Position numbers and translations under genes: made by a program. A stretch of DNA of 64,000 nt, from assembly GCA_043739185.1 (NCBI GenBank), contig JAYUEN010000386.1, positions 32,001 to 96,000 on the forward strand, given 5' to 3'. The DNA is from Bdellovibrionales bacterium. GTDB taxonomy: Bacteria; Bdellovibrionota; Bdellovibrionia; Bdellovibrionales; JAMPXM01. Positions 37,174 through 46,846 of the stretch are shown in pieces; within the stretch, counting starts at the first letter, position 1; every line of letters starts with the position of its first letter. The notes below the pieces were generated by a model. It was given only the letters and a program-made list of their open reading frames with translations, made no database searches and was not told the DNA's origin.

Positions 37174-38268
37174 TTACTTCTCTCTTAAGAAAGCATTTTG
37201 TTGATCTTGCGAACGGTATCTGCGGTTCACCATTTCAAAAATATTGTCGCCTTTTACTCCGATGTTTTCATTACCAAGTTTTTTAGAAAGTCCTGCGACA
37301 CTTGCTTTGCCTGAACCTGCACCGCGGCCGTTGCCATTGAGGCGTGAATTCAAAAGGCTATTCAAATCCATCGAGGCATTTGGATTGGCGGCACCTGCAG
37401 TTGCACGACCGCCGCCTCCGCCAGAGTATCCGAAGCCGATACCAGAAGCATTGGCACCAGCTTTAGCGAGCAATTTAGACTCCAATGCTTTTTCATCACC
37501 TACCATTTTATCAATATTTGCGACGTCAAAGCCGCTGGCTTTCATTGATCCAGGAGTAGAATTAGCTGGAACAGTTTTGCCATTTGGTAAAGTAATTGCG
37601 CCAGTAGCAGAATCAATTGCAACGCCAGCAGCAGCGAGGCTTCCTTGAATCTTCGATAAGTCTGCACCTACGGTAGTCGTAGCGCCACCTCCGGGGCCTT
37701 TGCCGCCATTATTATTATTATTATTTCCGTTTGGATCGGTAGCACTGCCGCCGCCACCGGGGTCACCCGTGCCGTAATTTCCTCCGGTGCCGTAGCCGAA
37801 ATCGGGATTGTAAGCTCCGTTGACATTGTCTGCACCATTTTGAGCAGAAGCGGTTTGTATGAGTTGCATAGCACATTGGGCGGCCATCACGCATGCCATA
37901 GCATTGTGAGGACCACACATACTTGCCATATAAATGCCAACCCCACCAGTGATGACCTCTCCGACAATTGCTAAACCTGAGCCGCCATGTGAGGCGCCCG
38001 CAGCATTTTGCATACCATTAAGGCCCGCAGTCGCCGCGGCAGAATTACCGGCCGCATTGCCCGCATTAATCGTTTGAGTCATGCCATTGCCAGCACTACC
38101 TCTGCCAACTTGAATAGGTTGCGTGGGGGCGATGGGTTGGGCGGTTGATCCAGAGGGGGTTCCTACCGTTGGCGTTTGTGCCATAAGTTGAGGCGACAAA
38201 AGCAAAGACGCAAATAAAATGAGACCACGCGAGCTAAACAAATTTAGTTTATTAATAGTTTGATCCAT
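37174..38268 (-). CDS. Secreted Gly/Ala/Asn-rich hypothetical protein
   Basis: Signal peptide, Gly-rich tracts, 3 Cys, C-terminal GDNIFEMVNRRY. Confidence 0.85.
   Translation of the reverse strand: MDQTINKLNLFSSRGLILFASLLLSPQLMAQTPTVGTPSGSTAQPIAPTQPIQVGRGSAGNGMTQTINAGNAAGNSAAATAGLNGMQNAAGASHGGSGLAIVGEVITGGVGIYMASMCGPHNAMACVMAAQCAMQLIQTASAQNGADNVNGAYNPDFGYGTGGNYGTGDPGGGGSATDPNGNNNNNNGGKGPGGGATTTVGADLSKIQGSLAAAGVAIDSATGAITLPNGKTVPANSTPGSMKASGFDVANIDKMVGDEKALESKLLAKAGANASGIGFGYSGGGGGRATAGAANPNASMDLNSLLNSRLNGNGRGAGSGKASVAGLSKKLGNENIGVKGDNIFEMVNRRYRSQDQQNAFLREK
37708..37725. repeat. (ATT)6 trinucleotide tract encoding poly-Asn
   Basis: Six AAT codons on the minus strand (GNNNNNNG). Confidence 0.85.
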
Positions 38269-38344
38269 AATTTCGCATCCTCTGTTTTAATCTAGATTTA
38301 AAAAATTCAATTATTAATCGATTTTCAAAACTTCAACGAACTAA

Positions 38345-40225
38345 CTATGGAGGTAGCAAATCACCCTTTTTGATTTGGTATCTGCGCGAGACCTTTTCCC
38401 AAATACTTGGGCCATTGGGACCAGTCACGCCGTCTTGAGCCGATACACTCATGCCTGCAACTGCACGATTGACATAGTCGTTACGCTTTGGAAGTAAACC
38501 ATTTAAGTTTAGTTTAGTTGCGAGTGCTTTGACCGCACCCGCGATTCCGCCAGGAGCGGCTGCTGCACCGGCAGCATGACCATAAGAAAATCCACCTTGA
38601 CCAGCTGAGAATCCACCAAAGACATTTCCACCATTGCCGGCTCCGGCAGCTGGTGCGTCTTCAGCATTGGCTGCAGTTGCAGCGCCATTTTGTCCACCGC
38701 CGCCACCACCGAAACCACCGCCACCACCACCAGTGGCACCGCCCGCAGCTTTACCAGTATCAGGATTTGCCGTTGGCATTTGAAATCCACCACGGGTTCC
38801 GCTTCCTTGATCACCTGGTAATCCCTTGCTAAGTGCACCGCCCGAAGCGAGCCGAACTGCGATTCCACCAGGAGCCGCCGCCAATGCCGGATTCAAACAC
38901 TTGGTATCGCCCGGATTAGTTGCGCAGTAACATTCAAGTGCGTGCGTGGCCGCATAGTTTGGATTGCCAGCACAAGTCTCAGCTAATACCGGAGGCGGCG
39001 TTGCCGCAGCGGCAGCATTGTAAGCCTTTGCACAATCGGCAGCACCTTTTGCAGTAAGACCCATTGCCAGTGCATTGAGAGCCGCTTGTGCCGCTTGCAT
39101 ACTATAGCCGTTGCAAGTTGATTTGTTGGCATTATAAGAATTCACTTTGAGTTTATCGTTGGCGCGATTTGGATTTTCAGGATTATTAGATGAAGCAATC
39201 AATTCAGGAGGTGGAGTACAAGTATCGCGACAAGCAAATATTTGCTGAGTACAAGCGGCGGCAACGCCACCCGAAAACAATTCTTGCATGCTCGCGATTT
39301 TAGATTGCATCTGACAAGCAGCTCCCGCATTCGCAGTCGAAGCATTTGCCATCGCCGCAACCGTTGCTGCTTGCTGAACTAAACTTTGCGCATTGGCCGC
39401 ACTACAAAAGCTCTTGGTCTGAGCTGCTTGAGAATTACAAGGTTCATTTGCATCTGCATTGCTGTATTTGCCGTTGCCGCTGGTATCATCAGGGTTCTTA
39501 TCATTGATCGATGGATTGACCGGAACGAACTTGGTTCCCGAGTCGTTACCTGCAGCTCCGTTACCGAGATCACACATTAACTTTCCGTTTACGTACTGAG
39601 CACTCATGCTCGTTGCACAAGAGGGGTCCTCAACTAGTTTCGGGCCGCCAGTTGCAGCCGCTGCCGCAGGTGCTGGTGCGGGCGCAGCACTCGGATTACA
39701 CATCGGATCGTTTGAACCTGGATAACAGGTTCCTGCAGGATGAGATGACTGAAGCACATATCCACCACCAGGATTTCCGCCACCCGCCGACGCTGCATCT
39801 GGCGCCGTAGGTGCCGAAGGACAATGTCCATATTGATAACAATCTGCTTGAGCGGCGGCATCTAAATCAGCTTGCGTAGGTCCATTTCCTTGTCCTTGTA
39901 CATTCGGCTCGCATGAATCTACACCATAATCTCCTGGGACGTTATGCTCAGTGGCTCCACATACGGTTCTCTTTGCTTGCGTCCCTTGAGGATTTTGTAC
40001 ACTAGGCGCAGGAGCAGCAACTCTCCTGGCGGGCGCTGCTTTTTTTCCGCTGGGAATGTAGGTCGGTTGCGAACCGCTCGAGGCACCGCTGCAGCCACTG
40101 TCCATTATATTTCCCAAAGCATTTTCGGATTCACATTGTGCTTGGGCAAATTCAGCACTTACAATAACAAAACTTACGAGTAGTGCGAATTTGAGAAATC
40201 CAAGACAAATTAGATTTTTCACCAC
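38345..40225 (-). CDS. Secreted Cys/Ala/Gly-rich hypothetical protein
   Basis: Signal peptide ending AQA, 22 Cys after the signal, Gly-rich tract, C-terminal GPSIWEKVSRRY. Confidence 0.85.
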   Translation of the reverse strand: MVKNLICLGFLKFALLVSFVIVSAEFAQAQCESENALGNIMDSGCSGASSGSQPTYIPSGKKAAPARRVAAPAPSVQNPQGTQAKRTVCGATEHNVPGDYGVDSCEPNVQGQGNGPTQADLDAAAQADCYQYGHCPSAPTAPDAASAGGGNPGGGYVLQSSHPAGTCYPGSNDPMCNPSAAPAPAPAAAAATGGPKLVEDPSCATSMSAQYVNGKLMCDLGNGAAGNDSGTKFVPVNPSINDKNPDDTSGNGKYSNADANEPCNSQAAQTKSFCSAANAQSLVQQAATVAAMANASTANAGAACQMQSKIASMQELFSGGVAAACTQQIFACRDTCTPPPELIASSNNPENPNRANDKLKVNSYNANKSTCNGYSMQAAQAALNALAMGLTAKGAADCAKAYNAAAAATPPPVLAETCAGNPNYAATHALECYCATNPGDTKCLNPALAAAPGGIAVRLASGGALSKGLPGDQGSGTRGGFQMPTANPDTGKAAGGATGGGGGGFGGGGGGQNGAATAANAEDAPAAGAGNGGNVFGGFSAGQGGFSYGHAAGAAAAPGGIAGAVKALATKLNLNGLLPKRNDYVNRAVAGMSVSAQDGVTGPNGPSIWEKVSRRYQIKKGDLLPP

Positions 40226-40265
40226 ATTTACCTCACCGGCTAAAAGGATAAACTATTGTAATAAT

Positions 40266-40292
40266 TTATCGGTAGGGGACTTTGATCTCTAA
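40266..40292 (-). promoter_or_regulatory. Putative sigma28 promoter for the 626-aa/364-aa pair
   Basis: Minus strand TTAG-N15-ACCGATAA: good -10, weak -35. Confidence 0.45.
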
Positions 40293-40476
40293 AGGAGAAA
40301 CTCAAAAATATACCAATAGGATCGCGTATTTAATCGACAGCTGAAAATTCCTTGGGCGAGTTTTGCTGTCTAACTTTTTTACAAATAAAAATTTCTAAGA
40401 AATTTTCTGTTTATAAGAGGTAATCGAGATTAAACTCATAAAGCTTGTATCAAAATGAGACAACATTGGGATTTTT

Positions 40477-41421
40477 ATGAAAAATAAATTTTATGTTTTG
40501 ATTGCCGCAATCAATATTCTTTCGTCGTGTACTCCACAAAATACTCCGAATGCTCAAGCGCTCAAATCGGGAGTTCTTCAAAATATTATTGGAGGAAAGA
40601 CTGAAGCCGAAAGCCTAGCGGCAGGAGCTCAAGAGGCAAAAAGCTTCAATGCGATCGCCCAGCATATGGCAATGATTGTTGTTCAAAAAAGAGATGCGCA
40701 AGGAAATATTGATCCTTATGGAGCAGGCGCCTCCGCCGTCATTTTAGCCCCCAATCTAATTGTCACTTCTGCGCACACCTTTGAGGGATTTAATATGTCC
40801 AAAGGACAATTTGGCAAAGTTTATTTTGGCTCCTCAGGAGAATTTCAAAACCGGCCAACTTATACCTTCGCCAAAGCTGACATTGTCGATCGAAATACGG
40901 ATGAAATGGCTGTGCCCGGCTGGAAGCTTCAAGCAGGACACAAGGACTATGTTTTCATCTTTATTAAATCGGGTGTGCCTCGAGGTTTTACCGGTATGAA
41001 AATGATGAATGATATGAACTTTTTTAAAAAAGACGCGCATTACAAAGCGGCTGGATTCGGAATGTCAGGCGTGAATACCGATGACTCGCAATTGAGAGTC
41101 CTAGACACTACCATTTCAAGATGGAATATAAATCAGATAAGCGAAAAATATTCTCCACTACCAGATGGCATAGGAGTAGAAGACAAAAAATATTTTTTGG
41201 AGCTAAATGCGCATTCAAATTCTACAGTTTATAAAGAAGATTCTGGTGGCGCCGTTTATTTTGAAGGTAAAGATGAAAAAGGAGAGCCAGATCTTTTTCT
41301 TGCCGGAATCATATCTGCACATAGAGGGTTTCCAACCGGCATGGCAAATTATTCCCTGCGCGTAGATGCATTTTATCAGGATGCGATAGAGGTCGCTAAG
41401 AAAATTTATGGCGGCAATTAG
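40477..41421 (+). CDS. Trypsin-like (S1) serine protease lipoprotein, atypical
   Basis: LSSC lipobox, IIGG, TSAH (His), KDY (Asp), AAGFG, EDSGG (Ser) and LAGIIS. Confidence 0.75.
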   Translation: MKNKFYVLIAAINILSSCTPQNTPNAQALKSGVLQNIIGGKTEAESLAAGAQEAKSFNAIAQHMAMIVVQKRDAQGNIDPYGAGASAVILAPNLIVTSAHTFEGFNMSKGQFGKVYFGSSGEFQNRPTYTFAKADIVDRNTDEMAVPGWKLQAGHKDYVFIFIKSGVPRGFTGMKMMNDMNFFKKDAHYKAAGFGMSGVNTDDSQLRVLDTTISRWNINQISEKYSPLPDGIGVEDKKYFLELNAHSNSTVYKEDSGGAVYFEGKDEKGEPDLFLAGIISAHRGFPTGMANYSLRVDAFYQDAIEVAKKIYGGN

Positions 41422-41516
41422 TTTACTGTCTTTAGATAGCCTTTTCCAGCCACTCTAAAAAAAAACAACCTCAGAAGTTGTATTTTCTCAGACAGGGTAT
41501 CAAAGCATAGGCGACT

Positions 41517-42605
41517 CTAGCGCTTCAGGCTGCGCTCTTCTTTAAAGCGCTCGAAGGCCAATTCAATCAAATTGTCGATCAGTGGAGAATAGGCGAGGCC
41601 TGAATTGGCCCACATTTTTGGATACATACTGATTTTGGTAAATCCAGGGATCGTATTGATTTCGTTTACAATCAAGTGATTATCTTTGGTCATAAAAAAA
41701 TCGACGCGGCCCATGCCCTCACAGCAAAAACATTTGAATACCTGCATCGCCATCTTACGAACATTTTCAGCTTGAGCTTTGGTGAGATCCGCAGGAATTT
41801 TTAATTTCGCACCATTCTCATCTAAATATTTTGCTTCGTAAGAATAGAATTCATGCTGCGGCAAAATTTCGCCAGGCTCACTTGCGCGTACCAAATGATT
41901 GCCGAGTACAGAACATTCAATTTCGCGACCGGCGATGAATTCTTCAAATAAGATTTTGATATCGTATGCGAATGCGTCGGCAACTGCTGTTGCAAATCCC
42001 GCTTCGTCTGAAACTTTATGAACACCGACACTTGAACCCATATTTGCGGGCTTCAAAAAGAAGGGTAGCCCCAATTGCTTTTTAATTTCCTGAAAGCTCA
42101 ATGACTTTTGATCATGGCGTTCAAGCGTAATGAATTTGCCAATGGGAAGACCTGCGTCTCGTAATAAACGTTTGGCGACGTCTTTGTCCATGCCGACGGC
42201 TGAGCCCAGAACTCCGACTCCGACATAGGGGATGCCAAGCAAGCGTAAGTAACCTTGCATCGAACCATCTTCACCGTAAGGGCCATGTAGGATCGGAAAG
42301 ACACAATCGATTGGAGCAATATATTGTTTGGTATCACAATTAAGGATTTGCACTCCATCAGAAGTGGGCACAATGAAAACCCTGGCGCCGACGCGCTCAA
42401 CATCAATGGGCTTGGTCACATCAGTTTTACGTAAGACCTGGGGGTCTGATATATGTCTCCAGCCGCCATTTTTGTCGATCGCAATGAGGTGAGTGGTATA
42501 TTTATTTTGGTCGAGAGCATCCATGACATTTTTGCCAGACTCAAGAGAGACGGCGTGTTCGGCGGATTGGCCTCCGAAAATGAGGGCTAAATTAATTTTT
42601 TTCAC
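41517..42605 (-). CDS. ddl: D-alanine--D-alanine ligase
   Basis: FGGQSAEHAVS, LHGPYGEDG, MDKDVAK, KPANMGSSVG, FYSYEAKY and NEINTIPG motifs. Confidence 0.96.
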   Translation of the reverse strand: MKKINLALIFGGQSAEHAVSLESGKNVMDALDQNKYTTHLIAIDKNGGWRHISDPQVLRKTDVTKPIDVERVGARVFIVPTSDGVQILNCDTKQYIAPIDCVFPILHGPYGEDGSMQGYLRLLGIPYVGVGVLGSAVGMDKDVAKRLLRDAGLPIGKFITLERHDQKSLSFQEIKKQLGLPFFLKPANMGSSVGVHKVSDEAGFATAVADAFAYDIKILFEEFIAGREIECSVLGNHLVRASEPGEILPQHEFYSYEAKYLDENGAKLKIPADLTKAQAENVRKMAMQVFKCFCCEGMGRVDFFMTKDNHLIVNEINTIPGFTKISMYPKMWANSGLAYSPLIDNLIELAFERFKEERSLKR

Positions 42606-42619
42606 GCTAAATTTCCTCG

Positions 42620-43441
42620 TTAGGGTGTTGTAAATCTAAAGTTAGTGACGTCTGAGCAAAGAGTCACGAGAGTTTTGAGCACGCCGACGGGCACCAAGAG
42701 ACTGTCGCATTGACTCATAACATTTGAAAAGAAAGGCACATCTGGGCTCAAAGAAAATTCACGATGAATTTTATCTGGAGCTTTCGGATCATTCCACACC
42801 AACATATCAAAAGAGACTTTGGTAATGCTGATGCTACAGTTTGTGACTCCGCCACAATTGGGTTGGGATTGAACAGACTTTGGCGGCTGGGCACTTGACG
42901 CCTGCACCGTCAAATTGTGAAAGGTGACTAGTGGTGTGGGCGTAGGCGTGTCGGCTGATACATGAATATATTTATTAAGAAACAAAATCATCGAATTGAC
43001 GAAGGGATCATTGCGATCTTGCGAGAAAACATCAGGCACCCAGCGACTTGTTAAAATAGATGCCGTGGTGGGAGCTGTCGCCTTTTGAGCAATGCGAGTA
43101 AGCTCACGGGCAATGACTTTATTGTCTGAATAGCTAACGGTTTTTTCTAAAATAGTAAAAACCACCTGAGTTGCCTGATCATCGCGTCCGACAACACTCG
43201 TTCCTACCTCTCCGGTCGACTGATAAGCTTGCCCGGAAATAATTTGGCTTTGAATGACATCAGTAAATTGTCCGAGTTGAATTTTGAGTGGATCGACTTT
43301 GGCAAGCGGCGCATTGAGAGCATTGTCGACCGCAGTTTGCGAAACCGCCGGACCATAGTTAACCGGCGTGCCTTCGTCTCCCTGACAGGCCATCATTGAA
43401 AAGCAAAATGAAAAACTAAGTAAAGTAAAGATGAGTTTCAT
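42620..43441 (-). CDS. Hypothetical lipoprotein
   Basis: Hydrophobic leader ending MMAC, with Cys pairs near the C-terminus. Confidence 0.75.
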   Translation of the reverse strand: MKLIFTLLSFSFCFSMMACQGDEGTPVNYGPAVSQTAVDNALNAPLAKVDPLKIQLGQFTDVIQSQIISGQAYQSTGEVGTSVVGRDDQATQVVFTILEKTVSYSDNKVIARELTRIAQKATAPTTASILTSRWVPDVFSQDRNDPFVNSMILFLNKYIHVSADTPTPTPLVTFHNLTVQASSAQPPKSVQSQPNCGGVTNCSISITKVSFDMLVWNDPKAPDKIHREFSLSPDVPFFSNVMSQCDSLLVPVGVLKTLVTLCSDVTNFRFTTP

Positions 43442-44535
43442 ATGCTATCCCAACCCCAAATCCACATATCGAGTGGTAGGATTTTATCTAAGCGTTCGGC
43501 TACATCCGCTTCGAAGTTATGTATTTGACTCGGTTTTTGCGGCCCAAAAAGTAGGCGAGTGATATCAGATAATAGATCGGTACTAAAAATTTGATTTTCA
43601 AAGCCAAAAATAAAACGCTCATCTTTTTTCTCTAAAATTAAATCTGAAATGCCTTGCATGCGAGCATGACGTTTTACTTTGGTAAAAAGGCTGGTCGTAT
43701 TAATTGGTTTTATCATTCCCAAAAAGCCGTCATTGGTTTGCAGGCCCAGTTCCTTAAACTTGCGTAATAGATTTTGCGAATGCCGTGGCGCCATGATTGT
43801 TACCGGAGCATTTTGTGTTTGATAAATATAATTGAAAAGTGGCAGGAGCGCTGTAACCCCGCCGCCCCACTCGTGCACATGGGCTTTTAAGTCAGCGCCC
43901 TTGCCTTCAACGGCGTAAGCTTTCAAATTATTTTTTGCATCCCAAGCGGTATAGACTCTGGTATTCGGAATTTGCAAATACTTGCTGGTATCGCTCAAGG
44001 TGCGAAGTGAATTGACGGTATGGTAGCCGTATAGTTTGTGAATCGCATCCGGAGAAACTTTGGTCGTATCCATAAAACGCAGGCCACTCGTTTCGATATT
44101 CAGATTTTGATTCCACAGAGTACTGGTTTCTGCGCCGGCCATTTCAAAGCCGAGTTTACGGTAAAAATCATGTAGATGGGTCCAAAGGATAGCAAATTCA
44201 CAACCACTGAGTTGAGCGGACTCTAGACAACTTTCTAAAATTTTAGTGCTAAGCCCCTGGTTGCGATGGTCGGTAGATGTTACCACGCTGCCAATGGCTG
44301 CAACCTTAAACAGGCCCGCACCGGTTTTGACATAAATGGGTCGCATAACAGCGTGAGAAAGCACTTGGCTTTCCTCTATGATAATTCGAATATTGCTTAA
44401 ATTTTGCGGGCTAAAGGCAAGCGGATATTCATTGGTGATCGACCACGGCAAATTGGGTCTCAGTTCTGAATCCAAAAAGCTGATGAGTTGGCCGAATTCT
44501 TTTTCATCTGGGCAGCGCGGACCTTCCATAGTCAC
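43438..44535 (-). CDS. GNAT-family N-acetyltransferase (Eis-like, multi-domain)
   Basis: IGSVVTSTDHRNQGLS (motif A) and FYRKLGFE. Confidence 0.85.
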   Translation of the reverse strand: MTMEGPRCPDEKEFGQLISFLDSELRPNLPWSITNEYPLAFSPQNLSNIRIIIEESQVLSHAVMRPIYVKTGAGLFKVAAIGSVVTSTDHRNQGLSTKILESCLESAQLSGCEFAILWTHLHDFYRKLGFEMAGAETSTLWNQNLNIETSGLRFMDTTKVSPDAIHKLYGYHTVNSLRTLSDTSKYLQIPNTRVYTAWDAKNNLKAYAVEGKGADLKAHVHEWGGGVTALLPLFNYIYQTQNAPVTIMAPRHSQNLLRKFKELGLQTNDGFLGMIKPINTTSLFTKVKRHARMQGISDLILEKKDERFIFGFENQIFSTDLLSDITRLLFGPQKPSQIHNFEADVAERLDKILPLDMWIWGWDSI

Positions 44536-44666
44536 CCTTCCTGGGACGCATAAACCTAAATTAGTGCGCCCCTATCAAGCTATTATCTTAGCATTTTGCT
44601 AGAGGAGAAGTGATAAATTTAAATAGAAATTGTGTTTCTCTCGCTAAAAGTCTAAAACCCAATCAA

Positions 44667-45347
44667 ATGAAAAAGTTGAAATCAATTAAGCGACCAAAGT
44701 CGCAAGAATCTAAGCGCTTTCTAGCTGAACAGATAATAAAGCTTTTAAAAAAGTATTATCCAGTAACTCAATGTGCTCTTCATCATAAAAGTGTTTTTGA
44801 GCTTTTGGTTGCAACCATTTTATCTGCACAATGCACCGATGAACGAGTGAATTCAGTAACACCGGCCCTGTTTAAAAAATTTCCTGGACCAAAGGCCTTC
44901 GCACTTGCTCCTGTTGAAGAAATTGAAGAGGCCATTCGCTCGACTGGTTTTTACAAAAATAAAGCCAAAAATATAAAGGCCTGCGCCCAAAGTCTAGTTG
45001 AGAAATATCATGGCGAAGTTCCAAAGAGTTTAGAGGAACTCACTGAACTTTCAGGGGTTGGAAGAAAAACGGCAAATGTTGTTTTGGGAGTTGGCTTTAA
45101 AATTCCTTCTGGAATTGTAGTTGATACCCACGTCACTCGACTCAGCAATCGTTTTGGCTTGGTAAAGTCTGAAAATGCCGTTGTGATTGAGCGTGAATTA
45201 GGTCCTCTTATCGATCGTTCCGAATGGATTGAATATTCGCATCGGTTGATCGATCACGGCCGAAAGATTTGCAAAGCCAGAAGTCCACGTTGTGAAATTT
45301 GTTTTTTAGCAGACATTTGTCCAAGTTCAACGATGGGCCTTGCTTGA
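44667..45347 (+). CDS. nth: Endonuclease III
   Basis: LLVATILSAQCTDERVN, HhH GVGRKTANVV, VDTHV, and CKARSPRCEICFLADIC 4Fe-4S motif. Start uncertain. Confidence 0.95.
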   Translation: MKKLKSIKRPKSQESKRFLAEQIIKLLKKYYPVTQCALHHKSVFELLVATILSAQCTDERVNSVTPALFKKFPGPKAFALAPVEEIEEAIRSTGFYKNKAKNIKACAQSLVEKYHGEVPKSLEELTELSGVGRKTANVVLGVGFKIPSGIVVDTHVTRLSNRFGLVKSENAVVIERELGPLIDRSEWIEYSHRLIDHGRKICKARSPRCEICFLADICPSSTMGLA

Positions 45348-45378
45348 CACTCGAGCCGCCGCGCTTGAAACTGTCAAC

Positions 45379-45864
45379 ATGATCGTAGCATTTTTTGAAA
45401 GCTATAAATACGTTGGTCATTTGTATCCACTTGCGTTCTTGCGCATATTTATGGGCTATTACTATTTTAATCATGCTTTTCAAAGCCTCAAAAATGAATT
45501 CTTGTCTCATGCAATTTTGGCGGAACAAATTCGCGCACACCTCCCTACCAGCGTCGCTCCTGAATGGTATAAATATTTTCTTGAGACAGCAGTCGTGCCG
45601 AATTGGCAATTTTTTGCGAGCTTCATTGTTATTTCTCAGTTTGTCGTAGGCGTTTCACTGATCGTTGGTTATTTCGTTCGTCCGGCAACTTTGCTCGCGA
45701 TGTTTTTAGCATTCAATCTCATGTGGGCGATTGGGCCAAGTGCTGGCGAAATTCAAGATCATCTTATTTTCGTTGTGATTTTTACTTTGGGTTGGTTTGG
45801 CGCTGGTCGTTGTTTAGGTATGGATTATTATTTTTACCGTAAGAGACGTGGCCTCTGGTGGTGA
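45379..45864 (+). CDS. DoxX-family membrane protein
   Basis: FLRIFMG, VGVSLIVGYFVR and AGRCLGMD motifs. Probable ATG start 45379. Confidence 0.8.
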   Translation: MIVAFFESYKYVGHLYPLAFLRIFMGYYYFNHAFQSLKNEFLSHAILAEQIRAHLPTSVAPEWYKYFLETAVVPNWQFFASFIVISQFVVGVSLIVGYFVRPATLLAMFLAFNLMWAIGPSAGEIQDHLIFVVIFTLGWFGAGRCLGMDYYFYRKRRGLWW

Positions 45865-46843
45865 GCCACAAGTGCGAATTATAATCCTTTCCGCTCTTCC
45901 GATTCTGATTATTTTTACTGTGCTTTTTTTTGCCCTCAAAAAGCGCCCTGAAGTTTCACGTGCTGCAACCAAAAATCTCAAAGTCTTAACCTATGCTGCT
46001 TTTTTAAATGCCTGGGGCCCTGGCCCAATAATTGCCAAAAAATTTCAAGAACAAAGCGGAATTCAAATTGAATTCATTGATGCTGGTGACGCCGGTCTGC
46101 TTCTTAAAAAATTAGCACTCTTTAAGGCCGATGTTGTATTGGGACTTGATCAATTCGGAATTGCTCAACGTGACCCAAATATAAAATGGCAGTCTCGCTT
46201 TCAAGCAATTGATTGGTCGCCGATGACGTTCATTTATCGAAAGGGTGAAATCGACCCGCCAAAAAATCTAGATGATTTATTAGATGCACGCTTTGAAAAT
46301 AAAATTTCTTTGTCGGATCCTCGAACCAGTACGCCCGGGTTACAATTTTTACTTTGGATTCTCCGCGAAAAAGGCCGCGATCAAGGATTTAAGTTTCTTA
46401 AAAAATTAAAAAAAAATATAGCATTTGTCGGTCCTTCTTGGTCCTCCTCATATGGGCATTTCAAGAAAAAGCAAAGTCAATTGGTCTTTTCTTATTTCAC
46501 TTCTCCTGTTTACCATTGGACTGAAGAGAATAATTTTAGTTATCAAGCAGCCGTGCTCAAAGAGAAAATGCCGATTCAAGTTGAGTTTGCAGTGATTTCG
46601 GCCGGGGCCGAAAACCTCGAAAACGCCAAGGGTTTTATGAGTTTTCTTATGGAGGAGGAGACCCAGAAAGCAATCATGAAGAAAAACTTCATGTTGCCGA
46701 TTAAAAAAGAGTCTGCGAGACAGAGTCCCTTCGAGCGCCTGAGTCTTTCTTATGTAAGTGAATCTGAAATGCAGGGCGAAAAGAATCCAACCGAAGCTGA
46801 GCTCAGTCAACTTTTTGCCGAATGGCAAGCGATAGGAATCTGA
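45848..46843 (+). CDS. thiB: Thiamine ABC transporter substrate-binding protein
   Basis: WGPGP, ADVVLGLD, DPRTSTPGLQFLLW, SYFTSPVYH and QVEFA motifs. Start may be GTG 45872. Confidence 0.85.
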   Translation: MASGGEPQVRIIILSALPILIIFTVLFFALKKRPEVSRAATKNLKVLTYAAFLNAWGPGPIIAKKFQEQSGIQIEFIDAGDAGLLLKKLALFKADVVLGLDQFGIAQRDPNIKWQSRFQAIDWSPMTFIYRKGEIDPPKNLDDLLDARFENKISLSDPRTSTPGLQFLLWILREKGRDQGFKFLKKLKKNIAFVGPSWSSSYGHFKKKQSQLVFSYFTSPVYHWTEENNFSYQAAVLKEKMPIQVEFAVISAGAENLENAKGFMSFLMEEETQKAIMKKNFMLPIKKESARQSPFERLSLSYVSESEMQGEKNPTEAELSQLFAEWQAIGI

Positions 46844-46846
46844 GAA

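Noticed and set aside
37244..40183. Antisense and shifted ORFs within the Gly/Ala-rich genes
   Set aside because: Shadow ORFs caused by biased codon content.
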